Below are positions 16,267 through 25,929 of a DNA stretch of 30,093 bases, one piece after another; the stretch's first letter is position 1, and each line of letters begins with the position of its first letter. The stretch spans positions 1 through 30,093 of the IMG/VR virus record IMGVR_UViG_2562617113_000015. One strand, 5' to 3'. This stretch comes from a virus (Duplodnaviria; Heunggongvirae; Uroviricota; Caudoviricetes). The position numbers were made by a program, and so were the translations under genes. A model generated the notes under the pieces. The model was not told the origin of the DNA. It made no database searches and saw nothing but the letters and a program-made list of their open reading frames with translations.

Positions 16267-16449
16267 ATGACGCGAAAACACTGGACACACAGAATGCCGC
16301 GAACGGCGGTGAAATGGGCACTGGTAGCGATACTGGTGCCTTTTTTCCTGGTGGGCTGCGTCAGCCTGGATAAGGCGCGCCAGCTTTTCGATACAGCTTC
16401 TCAGGTCTGTGAAATTGTTGATAGTGTCCGGCAGTGTATGCAGAACTGA
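16267..16449 (+). CDS. Small lipoprotein (60 aa), possible outer-membrane spanin-like component
   Basis: Signal peptide with lipobox L-V-G-C; lies after the lysis genes; not proline-rich, so the spanin assignment is tentative. Confidence 0.45.
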   Translation: MTRKHWTHRMPRTAVKWALVAILVPFFLVGCVSLDKARQLFDTASQVCEIVDSVRQCMQN

Positions 16450-16491
16450 CCGACGGTGAGAGCAGAATATTTTTTAGAGGAGCGAAATTCT

Positions 16492-16842
16492 ATGCCATCA
16501 CAAATCCCTCGTGCATGCCGTAAGCGAGGCTGCGCAGGCACAACGACGGACAGTTCTGGCTACTGCGATAAGCATCGCGGCGAAGGTTGGACACAACATC
16601 AACGCGGACTGAGCCGCCACCAGCGTGGCTATGGCTCGAAATGGGATGCCATACGTGCGCGCATACTGAAGCGTGATAATCATTTGTGTCAGAACTGCCT
16701 GCGCAATGGGAGAGCCGTTGAAGCCAGAACTGTGGACCACATCATTCCGAAAGCGCATGGCGGTACGGATGCAGACGGTAATCTGCAGAGCCTGTGCTGG
16801 CCATGCCACAAGGCGAAAACAGCGCGTGAACGCATCAACTGA
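16492..16842 (+). CDS. HNH endonuclease (about 116 aa)
   Basis: GAGGAG RBS; Cys-rich HNH region (CQNC ... DHIIPKAHGG ... CWPCH); HNH-before-terminase arrangement. Confidence 0.8.
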   Translation: MPSQIPRACRKRGCAGTTTDSSGYCDKHRGEGWTQHQRGLSRHQRGYGSKWDAIRARILKRDNHLCQNCLRNGRAVEARTVDHIIPKAHGGTDADGNLQSLCWPCHKAKTARERIN

Positions 16843-16990
16843 TAATCGTTCTCATCTGTAAGGGAGGGGCGGGTCAAATCTCTGCAACCCTGGCTGCTCA
16901 GTACCGCCGCCTGACCCTTCCTCACATCGCCGCAGGTTCGAAAACTTTTTTTTGGAAATGTGAACAAACGATTGATAGGTAAGACCGATT

Positions 16991-17473
16991 ATGTCAGGAC
17001 CTCCGAAAACCCCGCCACGCCTGCATTTGATACGAGGCAACCCCTCAAAGCGTCCCGTTAAAGACCACAAAAAAACCGCTAAAAAGGATGAAAAAGGTCT
17101 TCCTAAAATTCCGCAGCATTTAGGGGCTCAGGGGAAGTACTGGTTCAGGCGAATGGCGGAAGAGCTGAATGCGGAAGGGATCATTTCTCAGCTTGATGCA
17201 CGTGCGCTCGAGTTGCTGGTGGAAGCCTACACCGAATATCGGCATCACTGCGAAACACTCGATGTTGAGGGGTATACTTACCGCACGGAAACGCAGAGCG
17301 GTGATGTACTGATTAAGGCGCACCCCGCGGCGGCAATGAAAGCGGATGCCTGGAAGCGGATCCGGGCAATGCTTGCAGAGTTTGGTATGTCACCGGCAAG
17401 CCGGGCTAAAGTAAATATCGCCGGACCGGATGATGTTGATCCGCTGGCGGAGCTTTTAAAAGCGAGAGACTGA
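16991..17473 (+). CDS. terS: Terminase small subunit (P27-like family)
   Basis: Position immediately before the large terminase; size and basic N-terminus. Confidence 0.75.
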   Translation: MSGPPKTPPRLHLIRGNPSKRPVKDHKKTAKKDEKGLPKIPQHLGAQGKYWFRRMAEELNAEGIISQLDARALELLVEAYTEYRHHCETLDVEGYTYRTETQSGDVLIKAHPAAAMKADAWKRIRAMLAEFGMSPASRAKVNIAGPDDVDPLAELLKARD

Positions 17474-19230
17474 TGGCAAAAGTGGCTGACGGGATCCGCT
17501 ACGCCGAACGTGTTGTTGCAGGAGAAATTGTTGCTGGCGAATTTGTCCGCCTGGCCTGCCAGCGTTTTCTTGATGATCTGAAGTACGGCGAAGAGCGGGG
17601 GATTTATTTCAGTGAACCCCGTGCGCAGCACATCCTGAATTTCTACAAATTTGTGCCTCATGTAAAAGGGGCGCTGGCAGGCCAGCCCATTGAGTTGATG
17701 GACTGGCATGTATTTATCCTCATTAATATTTTTGGTTTTGTCATTCCGCTGGTCAATGAAGAGACCGGGGAAGTTGTCATGCGCAGCGATGGCAGCGGAC
17801 GTCCGGTGATGGTGCGCCGGTTCCGGACGGCGTACAACGAAGTCGCCCGTAAAAACGCAAAATCAACTCTGTCATCGGGTATCGGCCTGTATATGACGGG
17901 GGCAGATGGTGAAGGCGGAGCTGAGGTGTATTCAGCCGCAACCACGCGTGACCAGGCCAGAATCGTGTTTGAAGACGCCAAAAATATGGTCAGAAAAGCC
18001 CGGTCGACACTCGGGCGGTTGTTTGATTTCAACAAGCTGGCGATTTACCAGGAGCAGAGCGCATCAAAATTTGAACCGCTTTCTTCGGATGCAAACAACC
18101 TGGATGGTCTGAACATTCACTGCGCCATTATTGATGAGCTGCATGCACATAAAACCCGTGACGTGTGGGACGTTCTGGAAACGGCAACCGGTGCTCGTCT
18201 GCAGTCCCTTTTATTTGGTATCACCACGGCAGGGTTTAACAAGGAAGGGATTTGTTACGAGCAGCGTGATTACGCCATCAAGGTATTGCGTGGCTATAAC
18301 AGCGACGTGGAGGGCGCGGTAAAAGACGACTCCTACTTTGCGATTATTTACACCCTCGATGAGGGAGATGATCCGTTTGATGAAACGGTCTGGCAGAAAG
18401 CGAATCCCGGCCTGGGCATCTGTAAACGCTGGGATGATCTGCGTCGCTTGGCGAAAAAAGCGAAAGAACAGGTCTCTGCACGGGTGAATTTTTTTACCAA
18501 ACACATGAATGTGTGGGTAACAGCAGAGTCTGCCTGGATGGACATGATTAAGTGGGAGAAGTGCGAATACATTGCCCCACGACATGAGCTGAAAACGTAT
18601 CCCATGTGGGTCGGCGTTGACCTTGCTCATAAGATTGATATCTGTGCGGCGGCAAAACTCTGGCGAACGGATAACGGGCATGTTCATGCCGATTTTAAAT
18701 TCTGGCTTCCGGAAGGACGGCTGGAACGATGCTCGCGGCAGCAGGCAGAACTTTACCGGAAGTGGGCGGAGATGGATAAGCTGATTCTGACGGATGGTGA
18801 TGTTATCGATCATGCTCAGATAAAAAGTGACTTACTGGAATGGATTGGTGGTGAAAACCTCAGGGAACTGGGATTTGACCCGTGGAGCGCGATGCAGTTC
18901 AGCCTGGCACTGGCTGAAGAAGGGATACCGCTGGTGGAGGTTCCGCAGACGGTTCGCAATCTGTCAGAGGCCATGAAGGAAACGGAATCACTGGTCTATG
19001 CCGGGCGTTTCCATCACAGCAATCATCCGGTCATGAACTGGATGATGTCTAACGTTACGGTAAAACCGGACAAAAACGACAATATCTTCCCGAATAAATC
19101 CACGCTGGAAGCCAAAATCGACGGTCCTGTTGCGATGTTTACAGCAATGAGCCGGATGCTGGTCAATGGCGGTGAACCGGAGCCGGATCTGTCTGAGCAT
19201 CTGGTCAGCGTTGGTATCCGCTCGCTTTAA
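17473..19230 (+). CDS. terL: Terminase large subunit (585 aa)
   Basis: Long ORF with an ATPase N-terminal half and nuclease C-terminal half, in the expected position. Confidence 0.9.
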   Translation: MAKVADGIRYAERVVAGEIVAGEFVRLACQRFLDDLKYGEERGIYFSEPRAQHILNFYKFVPHVKGALAGQPIELMDWHVFILINIFGFVIPLVNEETGEVVMRSDGSGRPVMVRRFRTAYNEVARKNAKSTLSSGIGLYMTGADGEGGAEVYSAATTRDQARIVFEDAKNMVRKARSTLGRLFDFNKLAIYQEQSASKFEPLSSDANNLDGLNIHCAIIDELHAHKTRDVWDVLETATGARLQSLLFGITTAGFNKEGICYEQRDYAIKVLRGYNSDVEGAVKDDSYFAIIYTLDEGDDPFDETVWQKANPGLGICKRWDDLRRLAKKAKEQVSARVNFFTKHMNVWVTAESAWMDMIKWEKCEYIAPRHELKTYPMWVGVDLAHKIDICAAAKLWRTDNGHVHADFKFWLPEGRLERCSRQQAELYRKWAEMDKLILTDGDVIDHAQIKSDLLEWIGGENLRELGFDPWSAMQFSLALAEEGIPLVEVPQTVRNLSEAMKETESLVYAGRFHHSNHPVMNWMMSNVTVKPDKNDNIFPNKSTLEAKIDGPVAMFTAMSRMLVNGGEPEPDLSEHLVSVGIRSL

Positions 19231-19241
19231 CCGAGGTCATT

Positions 19242-19424
19242 ATGTTTCTGATAATTCTCACGCCACTGGTGGGCGTGCTGGGGGCGCTTTTGCTGTCGTA
19301 TGGCACATGGCTGATTTATCCCCCGGCAGGTTTTGTTGTTGCCGGGGGGCTGTGCCTGTGCTGGTCGTGGCTGGTTGCGCGTTATCTCGATCGTGGTCAC
19401 CGGGTCGCCTCCGGAGGTGAGTAA
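19242..19424 (+). CDS. Small membrane protein (60 aa)
   Basis: Two hydrophobic helices; overlaps the portal start. Confidence 0.45.
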   Translation: MFLIILTPLVGVLGALLLSYGTWLIYPPAGFVVAGGLCLCWSWLVARYLDRGHRVASGGE

Positions 19425-20665
19425 TGTTTTTCCAGGGGCTTTTTCAACGTAAAAATAATACCCCCGTCACAACGCCCGGGATGCTTGCGGAAGAACTTGG
19501 GTTGTCATACGACACCTATACCGGAAAGCGGATCAGCAGTCAGCGGGCCATGCGGCTGACGGCGGTGTATTCCTGCGTCAGGGTGCTGGCGGAGTCTGTT
19601 GGTATGCTGCCCTGCAGCCTCTACAAAATCACCGGCACTCTTAAAACACGGGCAGTGGATGAACGACTGCATAAGCTGATTTCGGCAAAACCCAATGGCT
19701 ACATGACACCGCAGGAATTCTGGGAGCTGGTTATCGTCTGCCTGTGTCTGCGGGGTAATTTTTACGCTTACAAGGTGAAGGCGCTGGGAGAAGTGGTGGA
19801 GCTTCTTCCTATAGATCCGGGATGTGTGGAGCCGAAGCTGAACTGTCAGTGGCAGCCGGTTTATCAGGTGACATTTCCGGATGGTTCTGTGGATGTGCTG
19901 ACTCAGGATGAAATCTGGCATGTGCGTACTCTGACGCTGGACGGACTGGTCGGGCTGAATCCCATTGCGTATGCGCGTGAGGCCATTTCACTGGCAGCGG
20001 CAACCGAGGAGCACGGTGCCAGGTTGTTTGGCAACGGTGCAGTGACATCCGGTGTGTTGCGTACGGATCAACAACTTTCTGATCAGGCTTATGCGCGTAT
20101 CAAAAAGGATTTTGAGGAACGGCATGTCGGGCTGGGAAATTCTCATCGTCCGATGATTCTGGAAATGGGGCTGGACTGGAAAACGGTGGCACTGAATGCC
20201 GAGGACAGCCAGTTCCTGGAAACCCGCAAGTTTCAGCTGGAAGAAATCTGTCGCCTGTTCCGCGTGCCGCTGCATATGGTGCAGAACACCGATCGCGCCA
20301 CCTTCAACAATATTGAAGAGCTGGGGCTTGGTTTCATTAACTATTCCCTTGTGCCGTATCTGACCCGTATTGAGCAACGGATCAATACAGGGCTGGTCAG
20401 GGAGAGCAAGCAGGGGAAGTTTTACGCCAAATTTAATGCCGGAGCATTGTTGCGTGGCGACATGAAATCCCGCTTTGAAGCGTATGCCACGGGGATCAAC
20501 TGGGGGATTTATTCCCCTAATGACTGCCGTGATCTGGAAGATATGAATCCCAGACCGGGTGGTGATGTGTATCTGACACCGATGAACATGACCACCAGTC
20601 CCTCTGCTGGCGATGACAACGGTAAGAAAAAGGAGAGTGGAGATGCAGACAAAACAGCGTCTTGA
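19424..20665 (+). CDS. Portal protein (HK97-like family)
   Basis: Size (413 aa) and position after terminase. Confidence 0.9.
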   Translation: MFFQGLFQRKNNTPVTTPGMLAEELGLSYDTYTGKRISSQRAMRLTAVYSCVRVLAESVGMLPCSLYKITGTLKTRAVDERLHKLISAKPNGYMTPQEFWELVIVCLCLRGNFYAYKVKALGEVVELLPIDPGCVEPKLNCQWQPVYQVTFPDGSVDVLTQDEIWHVRTLTLDGLVGLNPIAYAREAISLAAATEEHGARLFGNGAVTSGVLRTDQQLSDQAYARIKKDFEERHVGLGNSHRPMILEMGLDWKTVALNAEDSQFLETRKFQLEEICRLFRVPLHMVQNTDRATFNNIEELGLGFINYSLVPYLTRIEQRINTGLVRESKQGKFYAKFNAGALLRGDMKSRFEAYATGINWGIYSPNDCRDLEDMNPRPGGDVYLTPMNMTTSPSAGDDNGKKKESGDADKTAS

Positions 20666-21293
20666 TATACCGCTGAACCTGAAATCCGTCAGTGATTCCG
20701 GGGAATTTGAAGGTTACGGTTCTGTTTTTGGTGTTAAGGACAGCCACGATGATGTGGTGGTCCCCGGTGCCTTTACCACAACACTCCAGAAATGGAGCGA
20801 AAAAAAGGCGCTGCCTGCGTTGCTCTGGCAGCACCGCATGGATGAGCCCATCGGTGTGTACACCGAAATGAAAGAAGATGATGTCGGGCTTTATGTCAGG
20901 GGGCGATTACTCGTTGATGATGATCCCCTGGCAAAACGTGCACATGCCCATATGAAGGCCGGTTCTTTAACCGGCCTTTCTATTGGCTACATCCTGAAAG
21001 ACTGGGAGTACGACCGTGAAAAAGGGGTATTCCTGCTGAAAGAGATCGACTTGTGGGAGGTCAGTCTGGTGACGTTTCCTTCCAATGATGAGGCACGCAT
21101 CAGCGATGTGAAAAATGCGCTGGCGCGTGGGGAGATCCCTGATCAGAAAATTATTGAGCGAGTCCTGCGCGATGTTGGACTCTCGCGAACCCAGGCCAAA
21201 GCATTCATGGCCGGGGGATATGGCGCTTTATCCCTGCGTGATGCTGAGGATGTGGATGCCGCACTGAATGCACTGAAAAATCTTAAATTTTAA
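20643..21293 (+). CDS. Prohead maturation protease (HK97-like)
   Basis: AAGGAGAG RBS upstream of ATG 20643; position between portal and capsid genes. Confidence 0.85.
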   Translation: MQTKQRLDIPLNLKSVSDSGEFEGYGSVFGVKDSHDDVVVPGAFTTTLQKWSEKKALPALLWQHRMDEPIGVYTEMKEDDVGLYVRGRLLVDDDPLAKRAHAHMKAGSLTGLSIGYILKDWEYDREKGVFLLKEIDLWEVSLVTFPSNDEARISDVKNALARGEIPDQKIIERVLRDVGLSRTQAKAFMAGGYGALSLRDAEDVDAALNALKNLKF

Positions 21294-21307
21294 CCAGGAG
21301 AAAAATA

Positions 21308-22531
21308 ATGGCTGACATTAAAGATGTGGAGCAGGTCGCGCAGGAGCTGCAGCAGAAGTTTGACGATTTTAAGGCAAAAAACGACAAGCGCATTGACGCG
21401 ATCGAACAGGAAAAAGGCAAGCTGGCCGAACAGGTGGAAAGCCTGAACGGGCAAATCAGCGAGCTGGAGAACCTGAAAAGCGACCTGGAAAAAGAGCTGG
21501 CAGACATCAAGCGTCCGGCAGGCGGCACGCAAAATAAAGTTGCCAGTGAACACAAAGAAGCGTTTATCGGATTTATGCGCAAGGGGCGTGAAGACGGCCT
21601 GCGTGAGCTGGAGCGTAAGGCGCTGCAGGTGGGCAATGATGAAGATGGCGGTTATGCCATTCCGGAAGAACTGGATCGCACCATTCTGACGCTACTGAAA
21701 GATGAGGTGGTGATGCGCCAGGAAGCCACTGTGATCACCCTCGGGGGCTCGGATTATAAAAAACTGGTGAATCTGGGCGGCACAACGTCCGGATGGGTGG
21801 GGGAAACGGATGCACGTCCGGAAACCGCCACCTCAAAACTGGGGCTGATTGAACCCTTTATGGGGGAAATCTACGGCAACCCGCAGGCCACCCAGAAAAT
21901 GCTCGATGACGCTTTCTTCAATGTGGAAGACTGGATCAACAGTGAGCTGGCGCTGGAATTTGCCGAACAGGAAGAAATTGCCTTTACCAGTGGCGACGGC
22001 AGCAAAAAACCAAAAGGTTTTCTGGCTTATGAGTCCACCGATGAAGATGACAAGACCCGTGCGTTTGGCAAACTTCAGCACATCGCTTCCGGTGCGGCTT
22101 CTGGCGTGACTGCCGATGCGATCATTAAACTGATTTACACCCTGCGCAAGGCGCATCGCAGCGGCGCGAAGTTCATGATGAATAACAGCAGCCTGTTTGC
22201 CATTCGCCTGCTGAAGGATAACGACGGAAATTATCTGTGGCGTCCGGGCATTGAGCTGGGTCAGCCTTCTTCACTGGCGGGGTATGGCATCGTTGAGAAT
22301 GAGCAGATGCCGGATATTGCTGCCGATGCAAAAGCTATTGCGTTTGGTAACTTCAAACGCGGCTATACCATCGTTGATCGTATCGGCACCCGCATCCTGC
22401 GCGATCCTTACACCAACAAACCGTTTGTGGGCTTTTATACAACCAAACGAACCGGCGGTATGCTGGTGGATTCTCAGGCGATTAAGCTGATGAAGATCGG
22501 TGCTGCAACCCGCCAGAAAGCCGCTGCGTAA
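21308..22531 (+). CDS. Major capsid protein (HK97 fold) with N-terminal coiled-coil delta domain
   Basis: GGAG RBS; 407 aa; coiled-coil N-terminus followed by a capsid-protein-like body. Confidence 0.9.
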   Translation: MADIKDVEQVAQELQQKFDDFKAKNDKRIDAIEQEKGKLAEQVESLNGQISELENLKSDLEKELADIKRPAGGTQNKVASEHKEAFIGFMRKGREDGLRELERKALQVGNDEDGGYAIPEELDRTILTLLKDEVVMRQEATVITLGGSDYKKLVNLGGTTSGWVGETDARPETATSKLGLIEPFMGEIYGNPQATQKMLDDAFFNVEDWINSELALEFAEQEEIAFTSGDGSKKPKGFLAYESTDEDDKTRAFGKLQHIASGAASGVTADAIIKLIYTLRKAHRSGAKFMMNNSSLFAIRLLKDNDGNYLWRPGIELGQPSSLAGYGIVENEQMPDIAADAKAIAFGNFKRGYTIVDRIGTRILRDPYTNKPFVGFYTTKRTGGMLVDSQAIKLMKIGAATRQKAAA

Positions 22532-22575
22532 TGCAGTTTTTTATGCCCGCACAGTGTTGCGGGCAGGAGTTTCTG

Positions 22576-22893
22576 ATGGCAGCAATAGTGGAAAAACTCA
22601 GGGCGCAGTGCCGTATTGATACAGATGATGCAACTGATGATGAGTTACTGATGCTGTATTTCCGGGCTGCCTGCCGCAAGGCAGAAAATTTTATCAACCG
22701 TAAGCTTTATGAGGAGATGGTGCCGGAAGGTGATCCTGAAGGGGTGCTTATAGCTGATGATGTTTTGTTGGCGCTCATGTTGCTGGTCGGACACTGGTAC
22801 GAAAACCGGGAAAATTCCTCAGATGTCAGCAAGGCACCAGTCCCGTTTGGTTTTTCTTCTCTGCTGGAGCCTTATCGTTTTATTCCTTTGTAG
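22576..22893 (+). CDS. Head-tail connector protein (gp6-like)
   Basis: AGGAG RBS upstream of ATG 22576; small acidic protein directly after the capsid gene. Confidence 0.7.
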   Translation: MAAIVEKLRAQCRIDTDDATDDELLMLYFRAACRKAENFINRKLYEEMVPEGDPEGVLIADDVLLALMLLVGHWYENRENSSDVSKAPVPFGFSSLLEPYRFIPL

Positions 22894-22901
22894 GAGGAAC
22901 C

Positions 22902-23240
22902 ATGCAGGCGGGCAGATTACGTGATCGCGTAACTATTCTGAATGTCACCACCGCCCGCTCTCCGTCAGGGCATCCGGTGGAGACGGTGACGGAGGGAGCT
23001 ACCGTATGGGCAGAAGTTAAGGGTATCAGCGGGAGGGAGAGAATATCAGGAGGTGCAGAAACCGCTCAGGCTACGGTCAGAGTCTGGATGAGATTCCGAC
23101 GCGATGTGACGGCAGCTTCACGTCTGAAAGTGCTGACCGGTGCATTCAAAGGAGCCATTCTTGGTATAGAAGGGCCACCAATACCGGATGCACGCACCAC
23201 CCGGCTTGAAATACTCTGCAGCCTGAAGGGGAATGTGTGA
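22902..23240 (+). CDS. Head closure / head-tail adaptor protein
   Basis: Size and position in the HK97-like head-tail joining module. Confidence 0.75.
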   Translation: MQAGRLRDRVTILNVTTARSPSGHPVETVTEGATVWAEVKGISGRERISGGAETAQATVRVWMRFRRDVTAASRLKVLTGAFKGAILGIEGPPIPDARTTRLEILCSLKGNV

Positions 23241-23686
23241 TGGATTTCAGTCTTGATTTTTCCGGCCTGGCGGATATTGCACGGGATCTGGAGACGCTCA
23301 GCAGGGCAGAAAACAATAAGGTTCTGCGCGATGCCACCCGTGCCGGTGCTGAAATTATGCGGGATGCAGTTGTTGAACGTGCGCCGGAGCGAACCGGGAA
23401 ACTGAAGAAAAATGTGGTTGTTCTCACGCAGCGTTCAAAGCGTCGGGGGGAAATTATCTCGGGTGTCCACATTCGCGGACGGAACCTGCGAACCGGAAAC
23501 AGTGATAACAGCATGAAAGCCAGCGATCCCCGAAATGCGTTTTACTGGCGCTTTGTGGAGCTGGGAACGATAAACATGCCCGCGCATCCATTCATTCGCC
23601 CGGCTTTCGATACGACAGAGGAGCTGGTGGCGCAGGTTGCCATACAGCGAATGAATCAGGCTATTGATGAGGTCTTAAGTAAATGA
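23237..23686 (+). CDS. HK97 gp10-like tail component
   Basis: Overlapping start/stop with flanking genes; position. Confidence 0.7.
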   Translation: MMDFSLDFSGLADIARDLETLSRAENNKVLRDATRAGAEIMRDAVVERAPERTGKLKKNVVVLTQRSKRRGEIISGVHIRGRNLRTGNSDNSMKASDPRNAFYWRFVELGTINMPAHPFIRPAFDTTEELVAQVAIQRMNQAIDEVLSK

Positions 23687-24027
23687 GGGAAGCCACACTG
23701 TATTCCCTGCTGTCTCAGTTGGCCGGAGGACAGGTTTATCCTTATGTGGTCCCGCTGACGGAGGGAAAGCCTGCGGTATCTCCGCCGTGGCTGGTGTTTT
23801 CTGTGGTGTCTGACACGGCGTCTGATGTGCTTGATGGTCAGGCTGAATCCAGAATTACCGTGCAGATCGATGTCTGGGCAACAGTACCTGATGACGCAGA
23901 TGATATCCGAGAACAGGCGCTTGATGCGGTAAGGCAACTTGTACCCTCCGTTATTTCTAAAACTCAGGGTTATGATCCTGATTCCCGTCTGAGCAGAGCC
24001 ACGCTTGAATTTCAGGTAATAGCCTGA
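23683..24027 (+). CDS. Tail completion/terminator-like protein
   Basis: Position immediately before the major tail protein. Confidence 0.55.
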   Translation: MREATLYSLLSQLAGGQVYPYVVPLTEGKPAVSPPWLVFSVVSDTASDVLDGQAESRITVQIDVWATVPDDADDIREQALDAVRQLVPSVISKTQGYDPDSRLSRATLEFQVIA

Positions 24028-24087
24028 GGTCGTTAATGATTTTACCCACCCACCGCTGTCGGATTTTTTTATTTTCAGGAGACGAGT

Positions 24088-24792
24088 ATGTCCTCTAATT
24101 TTGAGCGTTCGCAACTGACGAAAATTATGATTTCGTCTGCACCGGTAACAGCAGAAACCCTGGATTCTGCCAGCTATCTTGGCCTGAGCTGTACAATCAA
24201 AGAGGTGCAGTTTACCGCAGGACAAAAGCAGGATATTGATGTCACCACGCTGTGTTCTGTTGAGCAGGAAAATATTAACGGTCTTGGTGCCGCGTCAGAG
24301 ATTTCCATGTCAGGCAACTTTTACCTCAATGCTGCCCAGAACGCGTTGCGCAGTGCCTATGACAATGACACCACGTATGGCTTTAAAGTTATTTTTCCGT
24401 CAGGAAACGGATTTACCTTTATGGCAGAGGTGCGTCAGCATACCTGGTCTGCAGGAACCAATGGTGTTGTGGCTGCAACGTTTTCCCTGCGCCTGAAAGG
24501 TAAACCTGTGCTGGCGACAGAGCCGCTGAAAGTGAAGGTCGATTTAAACAGCACGCTGCAGGTTTCTGCCGGAGCGAAACTCGAAATGGTGGTTGAGGCT
24601 GCCGGTGGTGTGCCGCCTTATTCTTATGTCTGGAAGAAAGGTAGTTCTCCTGTTTCCGGACAGACGGCGGCAACGTTCAGTAAGGCATTTGCAGTATCCG
24701 GTGATGCGGGCGCATATACCTGCGAGATTTCTGATTCAGCAAGCCCGGTTAACAAAGTGACCTCCACTTCCTGCACTGTAACCGTCAGTTAA
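24088..24792 (+). CDS. Major tail protein with C-terminal Ig-like domain
   Basis: RBS; the C-terminal 90 aa resemble an Ig-like domain as in lambda gpV. Confidence 0.8.
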   Translation: MSSNFERSQLTKIMISSAPVTAETLDSASYLGLSCTIKEVQFTAGQKQDIDVTTLCSVEQENINGLGAASEISMSGNFYLNAAQNALRSAYDNDTTYGFKVIFPSGNGFTFMAEVRQHTWSAGTNGVVAATFSLRLKGKPVLATEPLKVKVDLNSTLQVSAGAKLEMVVEAAGGVPPYSYVWKKGSSPVSGQTAATFSKAFAVSGDAGAYTCEISDSASPVNKVTSTSCTVTVS

Positions 24793-25178
24793 TGAGGATG
24801 GGTGTGATGACTAAAAATATCCGTAATCTGGCTCTGGCAACGATGTCGGGGTTTCGCCATAAAACTGTTGATGTGCCTGAATGGGAAGGGGCAACGGTTG
24901 TATTACGGGAACCTTCTGCAGAAGCCTGGTTGCGCTGGCAGGAGATCGTTAAAGCAAAAGATGATGAGACACCGTTATCCGTTGCGGAGCGCGCCCGCCG
25001 AAATCTGGAGGCAGATGTTGAACTGTTCATTGATGTTCTGTGTGATACCGGACTGCAACCTGTATTTTCAGAGGATGATCGTGAACAGGTGATTGCCGTG
25101 TATGGCCCGGTGCATGCGCGGCTTCTTCGGCAGTCTCTGGAACTGATCAGTGATGCCGGCGAGGTTAAAAAAAAGTAG
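24792..25178 (+). CDS. Tail assembly chaperone (gpG-like); start may be at 24807
   Basis: Ends ...GEVKKK-stop with slippery heptamer A-AAA-AAG at 25169-25175. Confidence 0.75.
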   Translation: MRMGVMTKNIRNLALATMSGFRHKTVDVPEWEGATVVLREPSAEAWLRWQEIVKAKDDETPLSVAERARRNLEADVELFIDVLCDTGLQPVFSEDDREQVIAVYGPVHARLLRQSLELISDAGEVKKK

Positions 25179-25480
25179 CGCTTCCGGGGATGCGTTTTCT
25201 GATGATGCTGGCACTCAGGATGGGGCGCACATTGTCAGAGTTACGCCGGGAAATGTCCGCATCAGAAATCATGATGTGGGCAGAATTTGACAGGTTCAGC
25301 CCGCTGGGGGACGAACGGGCTGATATCCGGGCTGCCCAGATTGTTTCAGCTGTTTACGGTGCGCAGGGTGTCAAAGTACCACTGAATGATGCGCTTCTTC
25401 AGTGGGAGCATGATTCAGAAGAAAATAAATGCGATGATCCATTTATTGGATTAGAGGTTGCTCTAATGTCTTCACTATAA
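25169..25480 (+). CDS. gpT-like extension of the tail assembly chaperone, reached by a programmed -1 ribosomal frameshift
   Basis: The -1 frame is open from the slippery site through 25480; ORF 25190..25480 has no independent RBS. Confidence 0.7.
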   Translation, partial: KKVALPGMRFLMMLALRMGRTLSELRREMSASEIMMWAEFDRFSPLGDERADIRAAQIVSAVYGAQGVKVPLNDALLQWEHDSEENKCDDPFIGLEVALMSSL

Positions 25481-25538
25481 GATAATTTTTTAATCGTTTT
25501 GAAATTGAATGCTTTACTCAAAGTCAGGAGGATTAATC

Positions 25539-25880
25539 ATGAGAAAATCAGTGGTGACATTAGCTTGTTTGTTTTTTATTAGTGCATGTAAGCCATCAGA
25601 TAATTATGTTATTTCTTTAGGGGAAAACTTAGTTAAAGATAAGCTTATTGATCCTGATAGTGCAAAATTTAATTCTTTTTTTCATAAGTCAGGTGATTTA
25701 TATGGTTATGTTTGTGGTGATGTTAATTCAAAAAACACGTTTGGTGGATATACAGGGAAAAAGCCATATTTTGTTTATTTGGAAGTTGTGGATGGAAAAG
25801 TTAAGAGTCATGGGACTGTAACAATTGTTAATGATCATGATCCAAGCAGTATGGAAAAATATAAGTTGTTTTGCCAATAA
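25539..25880 (+). CDS. Lipoprotein moron (about 113 aa)
   Basis: AGGAGG RBS; signal peptide with lipobox F-I-S-A-C; AT-rich relative to the flanking tail genes; followed by its own terminator. Confidence 0.65.
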   Translation: MRKSVVTLACLFFISACKPSDNYVISLGENLVKDKLIDPDSAKFNSFFHKSGDLYGYVCGDVNSKNTFGGYTGKKPYFVYLEVVDGKVKSHGTVTIVNDHDPSSMEKYKLFCQ

Positions 25881-25890
25881 TTATCATCTT

Positions 25891-25916
25891 AAAAAACCGC
25901 AGAAGCGGTTTTTTTA
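25891..25916 (+). terminator. Rho-independent terminator after the lipoprotein moron
   Basis: Stem ACCGC / GCGGT with loop AGAA, followed by T7. Confidence 0.65.
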
Positions 25917-25929
25917 TGGGGTAAAGTAA

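Noticed and set aside
18211-18813. 200-aa minus-strand ORF inside the large terminase gene
   Set aside because: Antisense to a long, well-supported terminase ORF; no RBS.
23656-24225. 189-aa minus-strand ORF across the tail genes
   Set aside because: Arg/Cys-rich low-complexity translation antisense to tightly packed plus-strand structural genes.
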